Notes: generated by a model not told the origin, from the letters alone. A stretch of DNA of 64,000 nt from Curvularia clavata (GCA_023920165.1 CP089274.1:620001-684000), one strand, 5' to 3'. Positions 1 through 13,070 are shown, counted from the first letter of the stretch. Numbers and translations: made by a program.

Positions 1-535
1 AGACCATTTTGCTGGCTCGCCCGGAACTGAAGGCGGCTTGTAAGTATTTGGAGACACGATGTTTGAATAGAAGGGCGAGCACACAAAGATGTGTACCCTT
101 TTTCCTTGCTCCTTACGTACCGAATATTGTATTAGTCCCATCCGTAGAAGATTGCCAGTTGTAACAGCAAAGTAGCTCTGGATCTCTGTCCCACACGACA
201 TCTTGTGATATAGGCACAAGGTCATCTGAATTGACGGTCTCAAGCACTTCTCCTGCATCCCTAGCAATGGTCTTGTCAAAGAGATCTTGTTTCTTCTTGC
301 GTTTCTTTAGCGTGGCTGCATCAACAATCGGCACTTCAGGCTTAGCGGCGTCGGCATCCTCAGGCTCCAAAGGAACACCGTCGTCTTCCTCATCTTCGTC
401 TTCTTCATCTTCATTCGCTCCATCATCTACAGGATTGCTCGGTTCCGCGGTGCTGGTATTCTGCAGACTTTGCCAACTAGAACCTCCTAGCGCCAGGGCA
501 ATTTTTGCCTCAAAAGACATGGCCGATGAGTCCAT
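1..535 (-). CDS. Conserved hypothetical fungal protein, 5' part only (runs off the window start)
   Basis: ATG at 535 and an acidic N-terminus. A GT..AG intron at 120..27 joins ...CCYNWQSSTDGTNTIF to VPGEPAKWS, giving a 'YNW...TIFVPG.P..W' motif I recall from a widespread uncharacterised fungal family. Confidence 0.6.
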
Positions 536-2064
536 CCTTGATGCTGAAATGATGAAAAACGGTACGACTGATATAACAGCTCTTCGATGGATTTATAGCT
601 GACGTTTTTTTATAGCAATCTCCTGTACATGTCCTTGTGGAAACGTCTTCCTGAATAACAATATTTGGAACAAACACAACTTGAACAGGAACGCGTGAGT
701 AAAAGTAGTTTTACTTTTTCATGGTATGACGCCAACGACTCACGTCTGCTAAGGAAAACCGGCCCCTTCTGTATGGACGCGCTGCGTGTCCAGTAGGCCA
801 CGTATGTCCACGACCAAATATCTAGGTTGAACTGGAATGCGGGTAGTAATCTGGAGCTGAGTATATTGTACGTTGTCGTTAAAAATAGAGTATGTAGATG
901 TACAATTGTTGAGGAAAAGATACAAAATGGTACGTTGTGGAAGTAATAGACTAGGTAGATCTGACAAGTAAAGAAACCTACGCACGAGCCCCTGAACCCA
1001 ACTCGCTAGCGGCCCTCCCGCGTTATCTGCCTTTGATCACCAGTCTAGACCCCGCCGGATCTCCATTACTGCATTTCAACTTCATGCACGTCTGATATTG
1101 GAACATTTCTTCCAACAGCAGTGAGTATTTTACGTTTACACCCTACCTAGTCATGACTTTTGAATTCTTTCTCTCCCAACCAAAACCACGTCACACACAT
1201 CCATCCACAGCCAAACAAGCAAGACGATCGTGCAGCAAATGCATTTCTGGCAGAGACTTTACTGTGCCGATAACTTTCAAAGGCTTTGGCCTACTTTGTA
1301 AGTTGCTAGTAAGCACAGCTGAAATGCGAATTGCAGGATGAGTCTCTGGAAAGTTGGTATCATTCCAGCCATAGTGCCAAGCCTCTGTACAACCGGATCC
1401 TAGTTGGAACTGGACAGCATTTCCAAGAGTTTAGAATTCGTATCCTGCTACAGCCCTTGTTGCCTTACTGTTCGCGTTTTACGAGCAAACATCGGATGCG
1501 ACAACTGTTTCATCCCACAAGTGCTCGGTTTCGCTCAACGTTTGTTCTCTCTTCAACCTTGTCACTTCCTCGACAAGTGATAGATGGTGACAGACACGTC
1601 GTCGGTCATCCTCACGGTCGAGTCTGTGACGGACGAGGATTCTGCTCACGTTCCTCTCTTTTTTGAAGGAGTGCGCACTAATCCCGCAGATATGTCCTTG
1701 AATCATGAGGCCGTAATGTCTAGTTTTCTCGTACAAATAACATAACACTAACTCGCTCGACCGCTACGCGCACTCTGCAACCTGTCACAGGACTAATGGC
1801 ACATTAAAATAAACAAAGCCTGATACAATGCAGGTAATTGAGTGGCTAATACATGAGACGCGATTTTTCAGGCGTATGCACTGATGGAGACGAAGCAGAG
1901 CACAAACAATGCAGTGTTTACGTATGATTATTATATGAAAACAGATACCGATCGTGAGGGTCATAGGTCATTGCGAGAACGCCCATGAAAGTCTAATGCA
2001 ACTAGAAAGGCAAAAGCTCGACCGGGCATAAGTCGTTGCTACGGACAGGGGGATGTCGCCGCGA

Positions 2065-2970
2065 CTATGAGCGGAGCATAGTGGGATGCGGGGAAGGCGA
2101 TCGTCCACGGAGCATCGGTGTGCTAGGCTTGAGCATCGGGCTGGCGGTAGCGCTCATGGCGTCGAGACTGAGCTTGCTTATAGCGTCGAGGTTGCCCTGC
2201 ACGTCTTCTTTGCTAAGGTCAAGCATGAGGCGAAGCTCGTTAGCTTTAAGCGGCTTTCCGAGACCAACTGCCAACTGCGTGTTGCTGTTGGAACCCGGAA
2301 CGTCGTAGTAGTACCACCGGTAACCTATGTCTTCGAGGCGATGTGGCTCAGCGGGAGTCGTCAGCCTTGCGACAATGCGCCTGACATCCATTCCAAACAC
2401 TCCTGATATCAGCGGCTCGGTGCCGATTCCTCCCAAACTGGCCTCGGATCTGCCGCGCAGGGATGGAGGGACTTTGGCATCTTTCTCGAGAGGTGTCTCG
2501 TTGATGCGGTTAGAAGCGCCAGCATCGCGAAGCTTGGCTCGCTTGAATGTTGCATTCTTAAGCTCGGTCAGACCGAGAACAATGTATAGAGGCTTCCCCG
2601 CCTGAATCTGTTCGGCCATCCAAGTGCGGGCGCCGGCGTCACCGCAGACAGCCTCGAACGCCTTGGAGGGACTCTGGGTTGTACATTGTATCATCTGCTC
2701 AGCCTTGACTGTGAGCAGGTTAGGCTGTCGGTATATTCTCCCGAGATCGAACTTGGCGCCATAGTTTGTCATGAAACGACCCTCGGTATCGAGAGAATAG
2801 AGGTCTTTGTAGCGGAGCTGGATGTGGAAGTCGTTGAGCTCGTCGACTTCGGAGTGGGCTTTGTCGGGGTAGAACGAGTCTTGCTCTGGGTGCAGCGGGT
2901 CCGTGAGCAGCTGGCCGACGACGACATCGCTGGCAGGGATGGGCTTGGGCAGGAGGGCGTTCTGCACCAT
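2065..2970 (-). CDS. Putative fungal gasdermin-like (RCD-1/HET-Q1 family) protein, 301 aa
   Basis: Intronless ORF with gene-like codon usage. Motifs VVVGQLLTDPLHP, W...GKPLYIVLGL and VFGMDVRRI occur in the order of the conserved fungal gasdermin core blocks. The CDS is well supported; the family call is an inference. Confidence 0.6.
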   Translation of the reverse strand: MVQNALLPKPIPASDVVVGQLLTDPLHPEQDSFYPDKAHSEVDELNDFHIQLRYKDLYSLDTEGRFMTNYGAKFDLGRIYRQPNLLTVKAEQMIQCTTQSPSKAFEAVCGDAGARTWMAEQIQAGKPLYIVLGLTELKNATFKRAKLRDAGASNRINETPLEKDAKVPPSLRGRSEASLGGIGTEPLISGVFGMDVRRIVARLTTPAEPHRLEDIGYRWYYYDVPGSNSNTQLAVGLGKPLKANELRLMLDLSKEDVQGNLDAISKLSLDAMSATASPMLKPSTPMLRGRSPSPHPTMLRS

Positions 2971-4299
2971 TGTTGCGGGACTCGGAGATGGCGGGCTCTA
3001 TATCTTGTACCGTGTCGAGAGTGAGTCGGGGGATAAGGTACTCAGTGTTGGCTGAGCTGGAGGGGCAGGGTGACGCAGGAGCAAAAGTATGGTGAGAGCT
3101 CTCATGGCTGCGAATCAGAGGGTTGCATCAGGCCCTGTGGCAGATGCTTGGCCCATCGGGGTCGGCCGTCGGTCCTGATTCCTCGCACACAGAGTCGCGA
3201 CATTAACATCGGATTCACCATGACTCGCCGCGCCAGACACCGGACGGGCTACCATCAAGATGAAATATCGCGGTCGGCACCAAGGTCCTATTATCACGTG
3301 CCAGAACGGTGCCGGAGAAACGAGAGGCCGCTACGCTGACGCGGGCCGTGTACGAGAGAGAGACGCGCCATATCTTGGGTCCCGCGCCGGCCGCCGTCCG
3401 CCATGGGTGAGAAGCATTACCTGATCGCTGATACTCTGGACTGGAACGGGCGGCAGCCATACGGCTGACCGGATCCGCATCGTATTCCAGAGACTTTGGA
3501 CCTGCGCAGAGATTTTCGGAGGCTTTCCTTGCTCAAGTGCTGCTACACATGCAGGGTCCAGCAGAGTTCTCCGATCCTCATCGACCATCGACCATCAAGA
3601 GAAAGAGCTGAGTAACACTGACCAAAGACACGGCGTAACACCAAGAATGCAGGCGAGACAGCACCAGAGTCCTAATCTGTCGAATGTTAATCACAGGCAC
3701 ATGGCCATGTGGACGGCGCGCAAGCTGCGGACAGGCTGAATGCGAGGGCAGCCATAAGGACAGTCTTTGTCAACGATATAATCGCTGACAGTGCATGCCG
3801 TGCATCGACGGCGGGGTTCCACCTTGGGAACCATCCCCGCTGTTGTTGGAGACTCTCGGGGAAATGCGCCTGGCAGAAGACAACATGTGCTGTTTCAGTC
3901 ACGATAACAACACGCTGCAACTGCATACAGTCTGCGTGGAGAGCCACAATGGCCATGTCAATTGCAGACGGGCGTGCATACAGCTGCAGAAGCAATAGAC
4001 AATCGGGAAAAGACGCCAAGGGGTGCGGCGCCGAAGAGCTAGCAGAGGGGCATCAACGTCACGGCCGGACCAACCCACTAACTACCTCGACCCCACCATC
4101 AACAGCTAGGATCCCAGCCGAACGCCGTAGCCCAAACCATCCACAAAATGGAGCCATTGGCAAATGCCCCCCGGAAGCATGACGTCGCACCACCATGGCA
4201 CTATTGGATCGAGCTACACGTCACTCGGGACCCAGCGCCCCTCTCGAGCCACTAACGCGAGCTTCGCCAACAGCTCTCCCAGCTCCCTCGAGTACTTGA

Positions 4300-5352
<1,053 letters not shown>

Positions 5353-5770
5353 TAATTTGGTCACATCAATAAAGCTTCGCAGGTTCACACAATACTTCTT
5401 GCACATGTCGTCTATCGTTCTTTGCCGTGTAACAATGATGAATTTGATTCGAATCGAAGACGAGACGTGTTGGAAGAAGAAATTTACACATGCAGGAACA
5501 GGGCAACGCAACAGGTCGGGCATGTGATTTCCCGGCTATCTCTTATCGCTGATAGGGCTGACCGATGCGGGACAACGGGCCCTCCCCCTCCCCTCCAAGT
5601 CGGCTACTTGGTTATTTTTCCCCGCAATCCAGCTAGCGAATCGGCATCTTCAGCCGCGGCAAGAGCTGAACTTGTCAAAGAAACATATGCACATCTCACG
5701 CACCGTTTCATAAAGCCATGACACCCAATGTCTGTCAGCTAGATCCAACCCAGCGACCCCTCCACCCACC

Positions 5771-7167
5771 ATGAGCGCCCCGAAGCAAGAAACCTTTGGC
5801 AACCTAGGCCCCTGGGCCGAACCCTCATGGTTCTCATCCCTCGCCTCCCCTTACTACAACGCCTCACATAAGAAACTACGCAACACGATACGCGCTTATG
5901 TCGACGAGCACATCAAACCGCACATGCTGGAATGGGAAGAAGCTGGCGGAGCTCCGCACTCGGAGCGCCTGAAATGGGCGCAGACTGGATTCTCCTTCAC
6001 AGACATACCCACGGCATATCGGCCTGGCAATGTCCCTGGGCCTGCGGGCATCCCCGTCGACCAGCTGGATGTGTTTCATCTGATGATTATGACGGACGAG
6101 ATGAGTCGGATTGAGGGCGGTGTGGCGACGTCGCTCGAGGGCGCGAGCGTGATTGGAGCACCGCCGATTGTGCATTATGGGACGGAGGAGCAGAAGAGGA
6201 AGTGGTTGCCGGGTTTATTTAGCTGGGAGACGAGTTTTTGTCTAGGGATTACGGAGCCAGGGGGTGGGGTAGGTTATTCATTCCCTCTTTACTACTACTG
6301 GTTTTATTGTTGAAATAATTGTTGTTGGCGTTGGAGTCTCAGTCACTAACACACACACCACAGTCCGACGTCGCCAACCTACAAACCACCGCGACCAAAA
6401 CTCCCGACGGAAAATCCTACATCGTGAACGGCTACAAGAAATGGATCACGGGCATTCCATGGGCCACACACATGACTACAGCCGTCCGCACTGGCGGCCC
6501 CGGCGCCTCTGGCCTCTCGCTCCTCGTCATCCCCGTCTCCTCACCTGGCCTCACCCACCGCCGCATCCCCAACAGCGGCCAAAAAGCCGGCGGCGCCTCC
6601 TTTGTCGAACTCGACAACGTGCGTGTCCCCGTGGAAAACCTCATCGGGCCTGAAAACGGCGGATTCCCAATTATAATGCGCAATTTCAACCGCGAGCGCT
6701 TCATCATGAGCATCTCGTGTAACCGCAAAGCACGAACTTGTCTCTCCCACTCATTTGCCTATGCGTCTACACGGCATACGTTTGGGAAACCGCTCATTGC
6801 GAACCAAATTATAGCGAGTAAACTGGCTACCATTGCGAGATACGTAGAGTCGCATTGGGCGTGGCTGGAGCAACTTGCGTTCCATATTCAGGCGTCGCCC
6901 AAGGGGTGGCAGGACCCGAGTATCGCGGGGCAGATTGCGCTGAGTAAAGTGCATGGCGGACGGATACTCGAGCTGGCGGCGAGAGAGGCGCAGCAGGTGT
7001 TTGGAGGTGCGGGGTATCAGAAGGGAGGGGGTCCTGGGGCTGTGGTGGAGCAGATTAGTAGGGATTTGAGGATGATGGTGGTTGGGGGTGGGAGTGAGGA
7101 GATTATTGCGGATCTGGCGGTTAGGCAGGAGGTGGGGCTTGCGAAGAGGAGGGGGTGGAAGTTGTGA
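5771..7167 (+). CDS. Acyl-CoA dehydrogenase family protein
   Basis: Intron 6269..6363 joins ITEPGGG to SDVA. Also NGYKKWIT, QVFGGAGY and GGGSEEI motifs; ends WKL. Confidence 0.9.
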
Positions 7168-7533
7168 GTGTTCTTTAGGCAGGCAGGCAAGTGTGTGTGG
7201 CACAAAGGAATGCATAGTCGGGGATAACCATAGTGAAGAAGACGATTATTATTCAAAGGCCCTGAGCACATGTTTTATCCAGAACATCTAAACAAAGAAT
7301 TGGCCAGGTATATCGCTTCCAAAGCACGCCAAAAAAAAGTATACTCCATGAGTCATGTACACATCAGTTCGGAGACGTTGACTTTGAAGGAAGAAAGAAC
7401 AAGAGCAAAAGCAAAAGCAGGTCTGCCGCCAGAAACGCCAAGTGAGGTATCCAAAAGCGCCAAGAGAGAAAGTCGTAGAAGATCCGCTGGTAAACTGAGA
7501 AACAGAAAAGAGGAAAGGGTATTAACAAAGAGC

Positions 7534-8744
7534 TTATGCAGCTACCGCCACTGGTAACTGTTCAAGCGCCTCTTGCTCTGGCTCCTCCTTCTCCTCAATG
7601 GTAGCAGGTACCTCGACCTCTGGCGTCTCTGATCGCAAGTCGCACTCTTTTGAAAGTCGCGACGGCTTCTCAATGCCAGCATCGACGGTGACGTACGAGG
7701 TTGCATCGCATCCCTCGCCGTAAAAGTCGCATGGTGCGAGATCACCCAGAGGCCTACGGTCCTCGTCCATGGCGTCTTGAGCAAGCTTGCGCGAGTTACG
7801 GCGCTTGACAGGCGAGTCATTGAGAATCTCAGTCTCGTAGCCGTCGTCCTCGATAAGAGAAGCAGCTTGAGAGCGGGGCTGAGAGGCACGGAAGTCTGGT
7901 GGTGGGATGTTCTCCTTTCCGCGGTCCTCGTTGCGGGTCTTAGCCTCGACATCGTCATCAGATGAGATGTCGAGAACAGAGGCAGAGTGCTCCATGAGGT
8001 TTGCAGCCTCTTGCTCAGGCGTGTCCTCGTGAATCTCGAAGAACCAAGCCTTGGGCATGGACTCGTCGAGAACGGTGACTTGACGAGCGGGTGCTGAGAC
8101 GGGGGTTGCAGCTACCGTGGGTGCCTTTGGAGTGTAGGTGGAGATGGACCCGCTGAGCGCTGCATCAATGGAGAAGGGTAGCTTGGGGCTGCTCTGGGAG
8201 AAAGACGGAGGGTCAACGCGTCGGAAGGGCGAGCTGGACGCGCGACGCTTGGAAATGGCATGGAGACGCTTGTTCTTTGGTGATCCACGGCTGTTGGTGA
8301 TGGGAGTCGACTTGGTGGAGCTGGGCGAAGAGAGGGCCTTGCGGGTAGAGGGGACAGAAGGCGTGGCATTGAGGCTGGTGCTGGTCTTGACGGGCGAAGT
8401 GAAGATGGCGAACGGGGCGGGCTTGACGTATCCAGCATCGTTGGTGGAGGTGGTTTTTGACTTTTTGGTTGGGCTGCCGGTGATGAAAGGGTCCACGTTC
8501 TCGGAATCGGCATCCTCGAAGATCTCCGGCGCGCGCTGGCGCTTACCCGTCGAAGAGCCGGGCGTAGACTTCAAACCTTGCAACGCCGCAAAGCTGGAGA
8601 TGGCTATACGAATGCGCGGTTAGCAAATGGCACACTACACGTAATTCAAGGCTCTTTACAATTCTGTTTGTTTTTTGCGCTCTGGAGTCCTTGAAGCCGG
8701 GACGTGCCGAGCTCGGCAAATGGCTGGCGCGTCGAAGTAGCCAT
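7534..8744 (-). CDS. Disordered cell-cycle protein with ABBA/KEN/D-box motifs (putative Acm1-like APC/C inhibitor)
   Basis: Exon 1 MATSTRQPFAELGTSRLQGLQSAKNKQN is joined through intron 8659..8604 in frame to the 349-aa ORF. Contains FEIHED, KENIPP, RRPLGDL and several S/TP-x-K/R sites. Confidence 0.75.
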
Positions 8745-9115
8745 AGTAGAGAGGGTGGGGAATGCGCAATGACGATTGCAAGTTCTAGAAGAGTGGGCGG
8801 AATCGCTCGAGACAAAGAGAGCTCAAGCTGGGATTGCGCGGTGGTGGCGTTGGCGGTGGGTGTTCTGGCGAAGGGATGTGAGGAAGAGCGGTAGTGGGGT
8901 GTATCTTGACGTGACTGTGTCGCTCTGGGTTTAGCCGGATACAGCACCACAACAAAGGCACGAAGCGGAGGATGCAATGAATGGAAAGGATAGACACGAC
9001 TCGAACAGCGACACCCAGGCCCAGCAAAGAGTAGAGCAGCAAGAGTAGCAAGAAAGAAGAGGACAACGCAGGAATATCAGTCTGGGGCAGCCTCAGCTAA
9101 TAGACATGGCACTCA

Positions 9116-9121
9116 ACGCGT
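9116..9121. promoter_or_regulatory. MCB-like element ACGCGT upstream of the Acm1-like gene
   Basis: Perfect MluI site about 370 bp upstream of the ATG at 8744. A hexamer can occur by chance. Confidence 0.3.
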
Positions 9122-9992
9122 CGCTCGGACTCGACACGCCCTAGCGTGTCTGTCACGTACTCTAGGGGCCGACGCCCACGACCGCGTTCAAGGCGTCATC
9201 TCCACTCGATCCCAGACACTTGCGGGCACGGGCGCCCCGAATTGGGTGCTGCAAACCGGGTTGGCCCCTCATTACCGCCATCAATGCAATCCCATCTACT
9301 GGCCGTCATGCCTTGGATCCACCTGCAGCATAGCCAGCCCAGGCCGCCCCCTCTCGCCATTAAACACGCTCGCGCTGCGTCCACGGCACGTAGACGTGAA
9401 CTGCCGGTTCCTGCGCTCGCTTGGCGCGTCCTTGAGTGCGACTGGAACGAGCGGCGTGCTTCTTGTGTCAGGTCACCGAGCACGGTTGTGTAAATGCTAC
9501 ATCATGGGTGGTTGGCGGCCACCTGTGCTGAGCTCTGGTATCATCTAATTTGGACCTCTTCTCTCCAAGTCTCAGCCGTCTGGTCCTAATGTTTCGACGC
9601 GTAGAGTGTATGCACGTCAGCAGCGTATTCCCAGTATCCTGCTGAGCGCGACAAGGCGCCATATGCATGCGACTATGCTTCATCACGCAAACACTTCCAA
9701 GGCTGGGGAATCTGTTGGCTGGCTGGCTGTATTCCGTTACACGCTCGCACAGCCTTTCGCGCACCACCACCACCACCACGCTGCACCAAATACACCAACC
9801 TTCTTCTTCTGAAGCGCCGAGAAAAAAAACTTTCGTGATTACATCTCCACAAAAATCCCCAGATCTTCATTCTTTACCCTAGTAGTAATCGCGACATGGT
9901 CGTCGCGCATCGCCGTTCCTATACCACGCCAATCAGCGACCCCACATAAAAAATCCGATAGACTTTCGCTCCCAGCCGACAACCTGTGTAGA

Positions 9993-11321
9993 CTAGTACT
10001 TGGCCACACGGGCGGGGGTCTCGCCCCAATTAGCATTCCAATACGTCGCGTTATCCTCGTCGGAGCTACTCGCGTATCCGCCATTGCTTCTTCCGTTGCT
10101 CCCGTCCTCCCAGCCATGCTGATTTTCAACGCGTATTTCTTCCCGAGACGTGCCGCGTCGACGTGACATGGCTGTGTCGTGATAACTTCGCACACTTTCT
10201 ATTAATGACGAGCGTATACTATTTGAACCTGCAATACTGACGTCACTGATTGTCTTGCGTCGCTCGAATCCGTCCCAGGTTGCTTCGCTAAAGGAGCGCG
10301 CTGGACCGTCGAACCCATGTTGCTGGAATGAAGTCTCACTCTCGGTCCAGTCAGGATTGTCTACAGCTTCGGATCCATGACTCCACCTTTCGGGGCTGTT
10401 GGGTCGACCAGTTGCACAAGCAAATGGGTGAGGCAACTTGGATGGCGAGACCCAGCCTTTGTTCTCGTTGGTACTCCCGTTGGAACTGCGAGCATTTCCC
10501 GTCGTGCTATTTTGCGAGCCGTCTTTCCAACCTGTCACCTTCGCCATGAAGCCTTTTTGCGACCGGATAGACGCTTTGCTAGTAGACGAGGACCCATCTT
10601 CATCCTCTGACTCCGGTATAGGCGAGAGTGGTCGGGGTGAGTTTGGGATGTAGTTCCACTTATCTTTCTCGTGTCTCCTCTTTGCTACTTCGGCATCCTC
10701 TGCAAACCCTCTCGTACTCATGTACTGATCCCGTGGAGGCAGTACTGTCGAAGGTGCTACAGGAAAAGGCGACGACGATTCGACTGTAGAAGCGGCTCGG
10801 ACCCAACGTCGCTCGTGCTGCTTTTCATTGTGAACTTTCCGCGGTCCAGAATCAAATTCTCCTTCTTCATCCACCACAACAACCCGTCCATCCTTGTCCT
10901 TGATAACGAACGTCCCCCATCGCCGTGGCACAGGCACAAGCACCTTTTTTTTCTCTTTCTCCATTTCTCTACCCTTCTTTACCTTCCTCACCTGCACCTT
11001 ACCTCGCAAATCCCGAATCTTATCCATATGGCGCCGTACATCACCACTCACGGCTTTCTTCGCATTCTCATTCCAAACCTGCTCGTCACCCTTCTTCCTG
11101 GTTTCTTCTTTTTCATGTCTTGCTTGTCTGTCTGATATACTACTACTACGCAGCACTATGTCCTCGTCGTCATCGACAAAGCTGCCCGTGTACGCTGAAG
11201 TGTCTGAGAAGGTGCCTCGTGAAACCCATTTTGCTACCCGCTGCTTGTCGAGGCCTTGGGGTAAGCGGTTGGCTATAGAGCCGCCGTCGTCGAGGAAAGA
11301 CGGCGGTGTTATGGCGCTCAT
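9993..11321 (-). CDS. Hypothetical low-complexity protein, 442 aa
   Basis: Long ATG-initiated ORF, charged and Ser-rich, with no recognisable domain. Confidence 0.55.
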   Translation of the reverse strand: MSAITPPSFLDDGGSIANRLPQGLDKQRVAKWVSRGTFSDTSAYTGSFVDDDEDIVLRSSSISDRQARHEKEETRKKGDEQVWNENAKKAVSGDVRRHMDKIRDLRGKVQVRKVKKGREMEKEKKKVLVPVPRRWGTFVIKDKDGRVVVVDEEGEFDSGPRKVHNEKQHERRWVRAASTVESSSPFPVAPSTVLPPRDQYMSTRGFAEDAEVAKRRHEKDKWNYIPNSPRPLSPIPESEDEDGSSSTSKASIRSQKGFMAKVTGWKDGSQNSTTGNARSSNGSTNENKGWVSPSKLPHPFACATGRPNSPERWSHGSEAVDNPDWTESETSFQQHGFDGPARSFSEATWDGFERRKTISDVSIAGSNSIRSSLIESVRSYHDTAMSRRRGTSREEIRVENQHGWEDGSNGRSNGGYASSSDEDNATYWNANWGETPARVAKY

Positions 11322-11727
11322 GCTGTTGAACTTGCTCAGAGTGAGAGAGCAAAAATGTGGGCGTTAGGTTCGCTGTACGTTTTGTAGTTCAAGAAGCGAT
11401 GTTGCGTTGGACCTGGTCTATAAGCAGCGGAGCGGATGTAGACGAATTGGGTTGAGAGTACGGTTGAGGGTGCTGTTTACGTAGGTGGGAACCAAAAACG
11501 AAGCTGATAGGTGAGGTGTTGAGTGGTGAACAGTCCCTTAAGACGTAATTGTTGAAAAGCAAACGCATAACGTTCTCACATGCAAACGATTGAAGACATC
11601 GGAACACAGTCATCGTGACAGAACGTTCCACGGCTAACTGCTAGAACCTCTCTACCCATACTCAACAGATACCAGGGCAGATACCAGCCGGTCCCGAAGC
11701 AGAGAAACAGTCATACACTTTACTCCA

Positions 11728-12531
11728 TTACAACTTCGCCTTCTCCATTTTCTTCTCTTGCTCCCACTGCAATTGCACCTTACGCATCTTATACCAACTC
11801 CACAAACCCGCCACAGCCCCAAACGGTGGAAACACCCAGAGCAAGAAACTCCACCACCGTGGACTTCTTTTCCTCACATCCTGCATCACTCTCTGCACCT
11901 CCTTTTCCAAATAACTCCTGTCATGGTCGTTCCAGATAACGACACCATTCCCTGGTCCCCTCCTCAAACAATGCTCTGCCTTTTCCCGCACATCACCCTG
12001 GCTCATGACGCGATTCCGTGCATCCTCCTCGGTAAGATGCGCATCTCGCGCTCGCAACCGCTGGATCTGGATCGCGGGGTCCGACACTCCAACGACGAGG
12101 ATGGTGCCGCAGTAGCGTTCCCAGCCGCTCTCGAACAATAGAGGGACATCCAGTACAACAGCCCAGTTGCCGCGGAGATACGCCCATATCATTTGTCTGT
12201 ACATTTCCTTGCGTACGGCCGGGTGCACAATGCTATTCAACATTTTCCTGTCGCGCTCTTTTTCCTCGCCTGCGCCGAAGACTCTACGGCCTAGCGCTGG
12301 TCGGTTCAGCGGCGCGCCTCTGGGTGTGGGTGCGTCGGAGAGGAGTAGGTCGGGCGTGGTGGGAGAAAAGTATTTCACAATGGCGTTGTAGCCGGCTGTG
12401 CCGGGCTCGACAACTTGTCGCGCGATGAGGTCGGCATCTATGATGGGGAGAGAGTAGGGCGGCTTGGAGAGGAGAGAGGAGACGGTCGATTTGCCGGTTG
12501 CAATGGAGCCTGTGAGGCCGAGGAGGAGCAT
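11728..12531 (-). CDS. CAB5: Dephospho-CoA kinase
   Basis: GLTGSIATGKST P-loop, IDADLIARQVV, LNSIVHPAV and VLDVPLLFE; hydrophobic C-terminal helix. Confidence 0.93.
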   Translation of the reverse strand: MLLLGLTGSIATGKSTVSSLLSKPPYSLPIIDADLIARQVVEPGTAGYNAIVKYFSPTTPDLLLSDAPTPRGAPLNRPALGRRVFGAGEEKERDRKMLNSIVHPAVRKEMYRQMIWAYLRGNWAVVLDVPLLFESGWERYCGTILVVGVSDPAIQIQRLRARDAHLTEEDARNRVMSQGDVREKAEHCLRRGPGNGVVIWNDHDRSYLEKEVQRVMQDVRKRSPRWWSFLLWVFPPFGAVAGLWSWYKMRKVQLQWEQEKKMEKAKL

Positions 12532-13070
12532 GGTTGTTTGGTGTTTCGCCCTCGTATATGAGGTGTGATAACGAAGGCGATGGTGCTGTCTCTAGGGTTC
12601 GGCTTTGGGGGTCCTGGTGTTGGGATTGAAGAGTTGGAGTGGTTTGGTTCACATGGTGGAGAATGCGACTTGGAATGACGATTGCGGGGAGCTGTGAGCT
12701 TGTCCCGGTGGGGACCTCGGGAGCTTGCGCTCAGGCCATTTCTTTAATAGCTCCTTTTGCTTTTGTGAGCCAATCGACTCCTTAAGCAGAGGGTATAAGG
12801 AACCGACCCTCAAGGGTACATCCGCACATGCGGGTGCAACCCACCATAATTAGCCCAATACGACTCCGAGTTGGCAACTCAGACCACTTTCCTCGACGCC
12901 GAGTGCTTGGCTAATCTAGCCGATCCTACCGAATTGGGCCACTTGTTTTTCCGGTACATGGAAACGAAACTTAGTATAATGAGCTTGTGATGCTTATGAT
13001 AGTAGTCTTCTCCTTCTTCTCGTTTGCTCTTGTACATTACCTTCGTTACACCCGTGATGAGATAGGAGAC

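Noticed and set aside
600..2000. Short ORFs in the 1.5-kb spacer next to the gasdermin-like gene, considered as a partner or protease gene
   Set aside because: No recognisable motifs or consistent exon structure.
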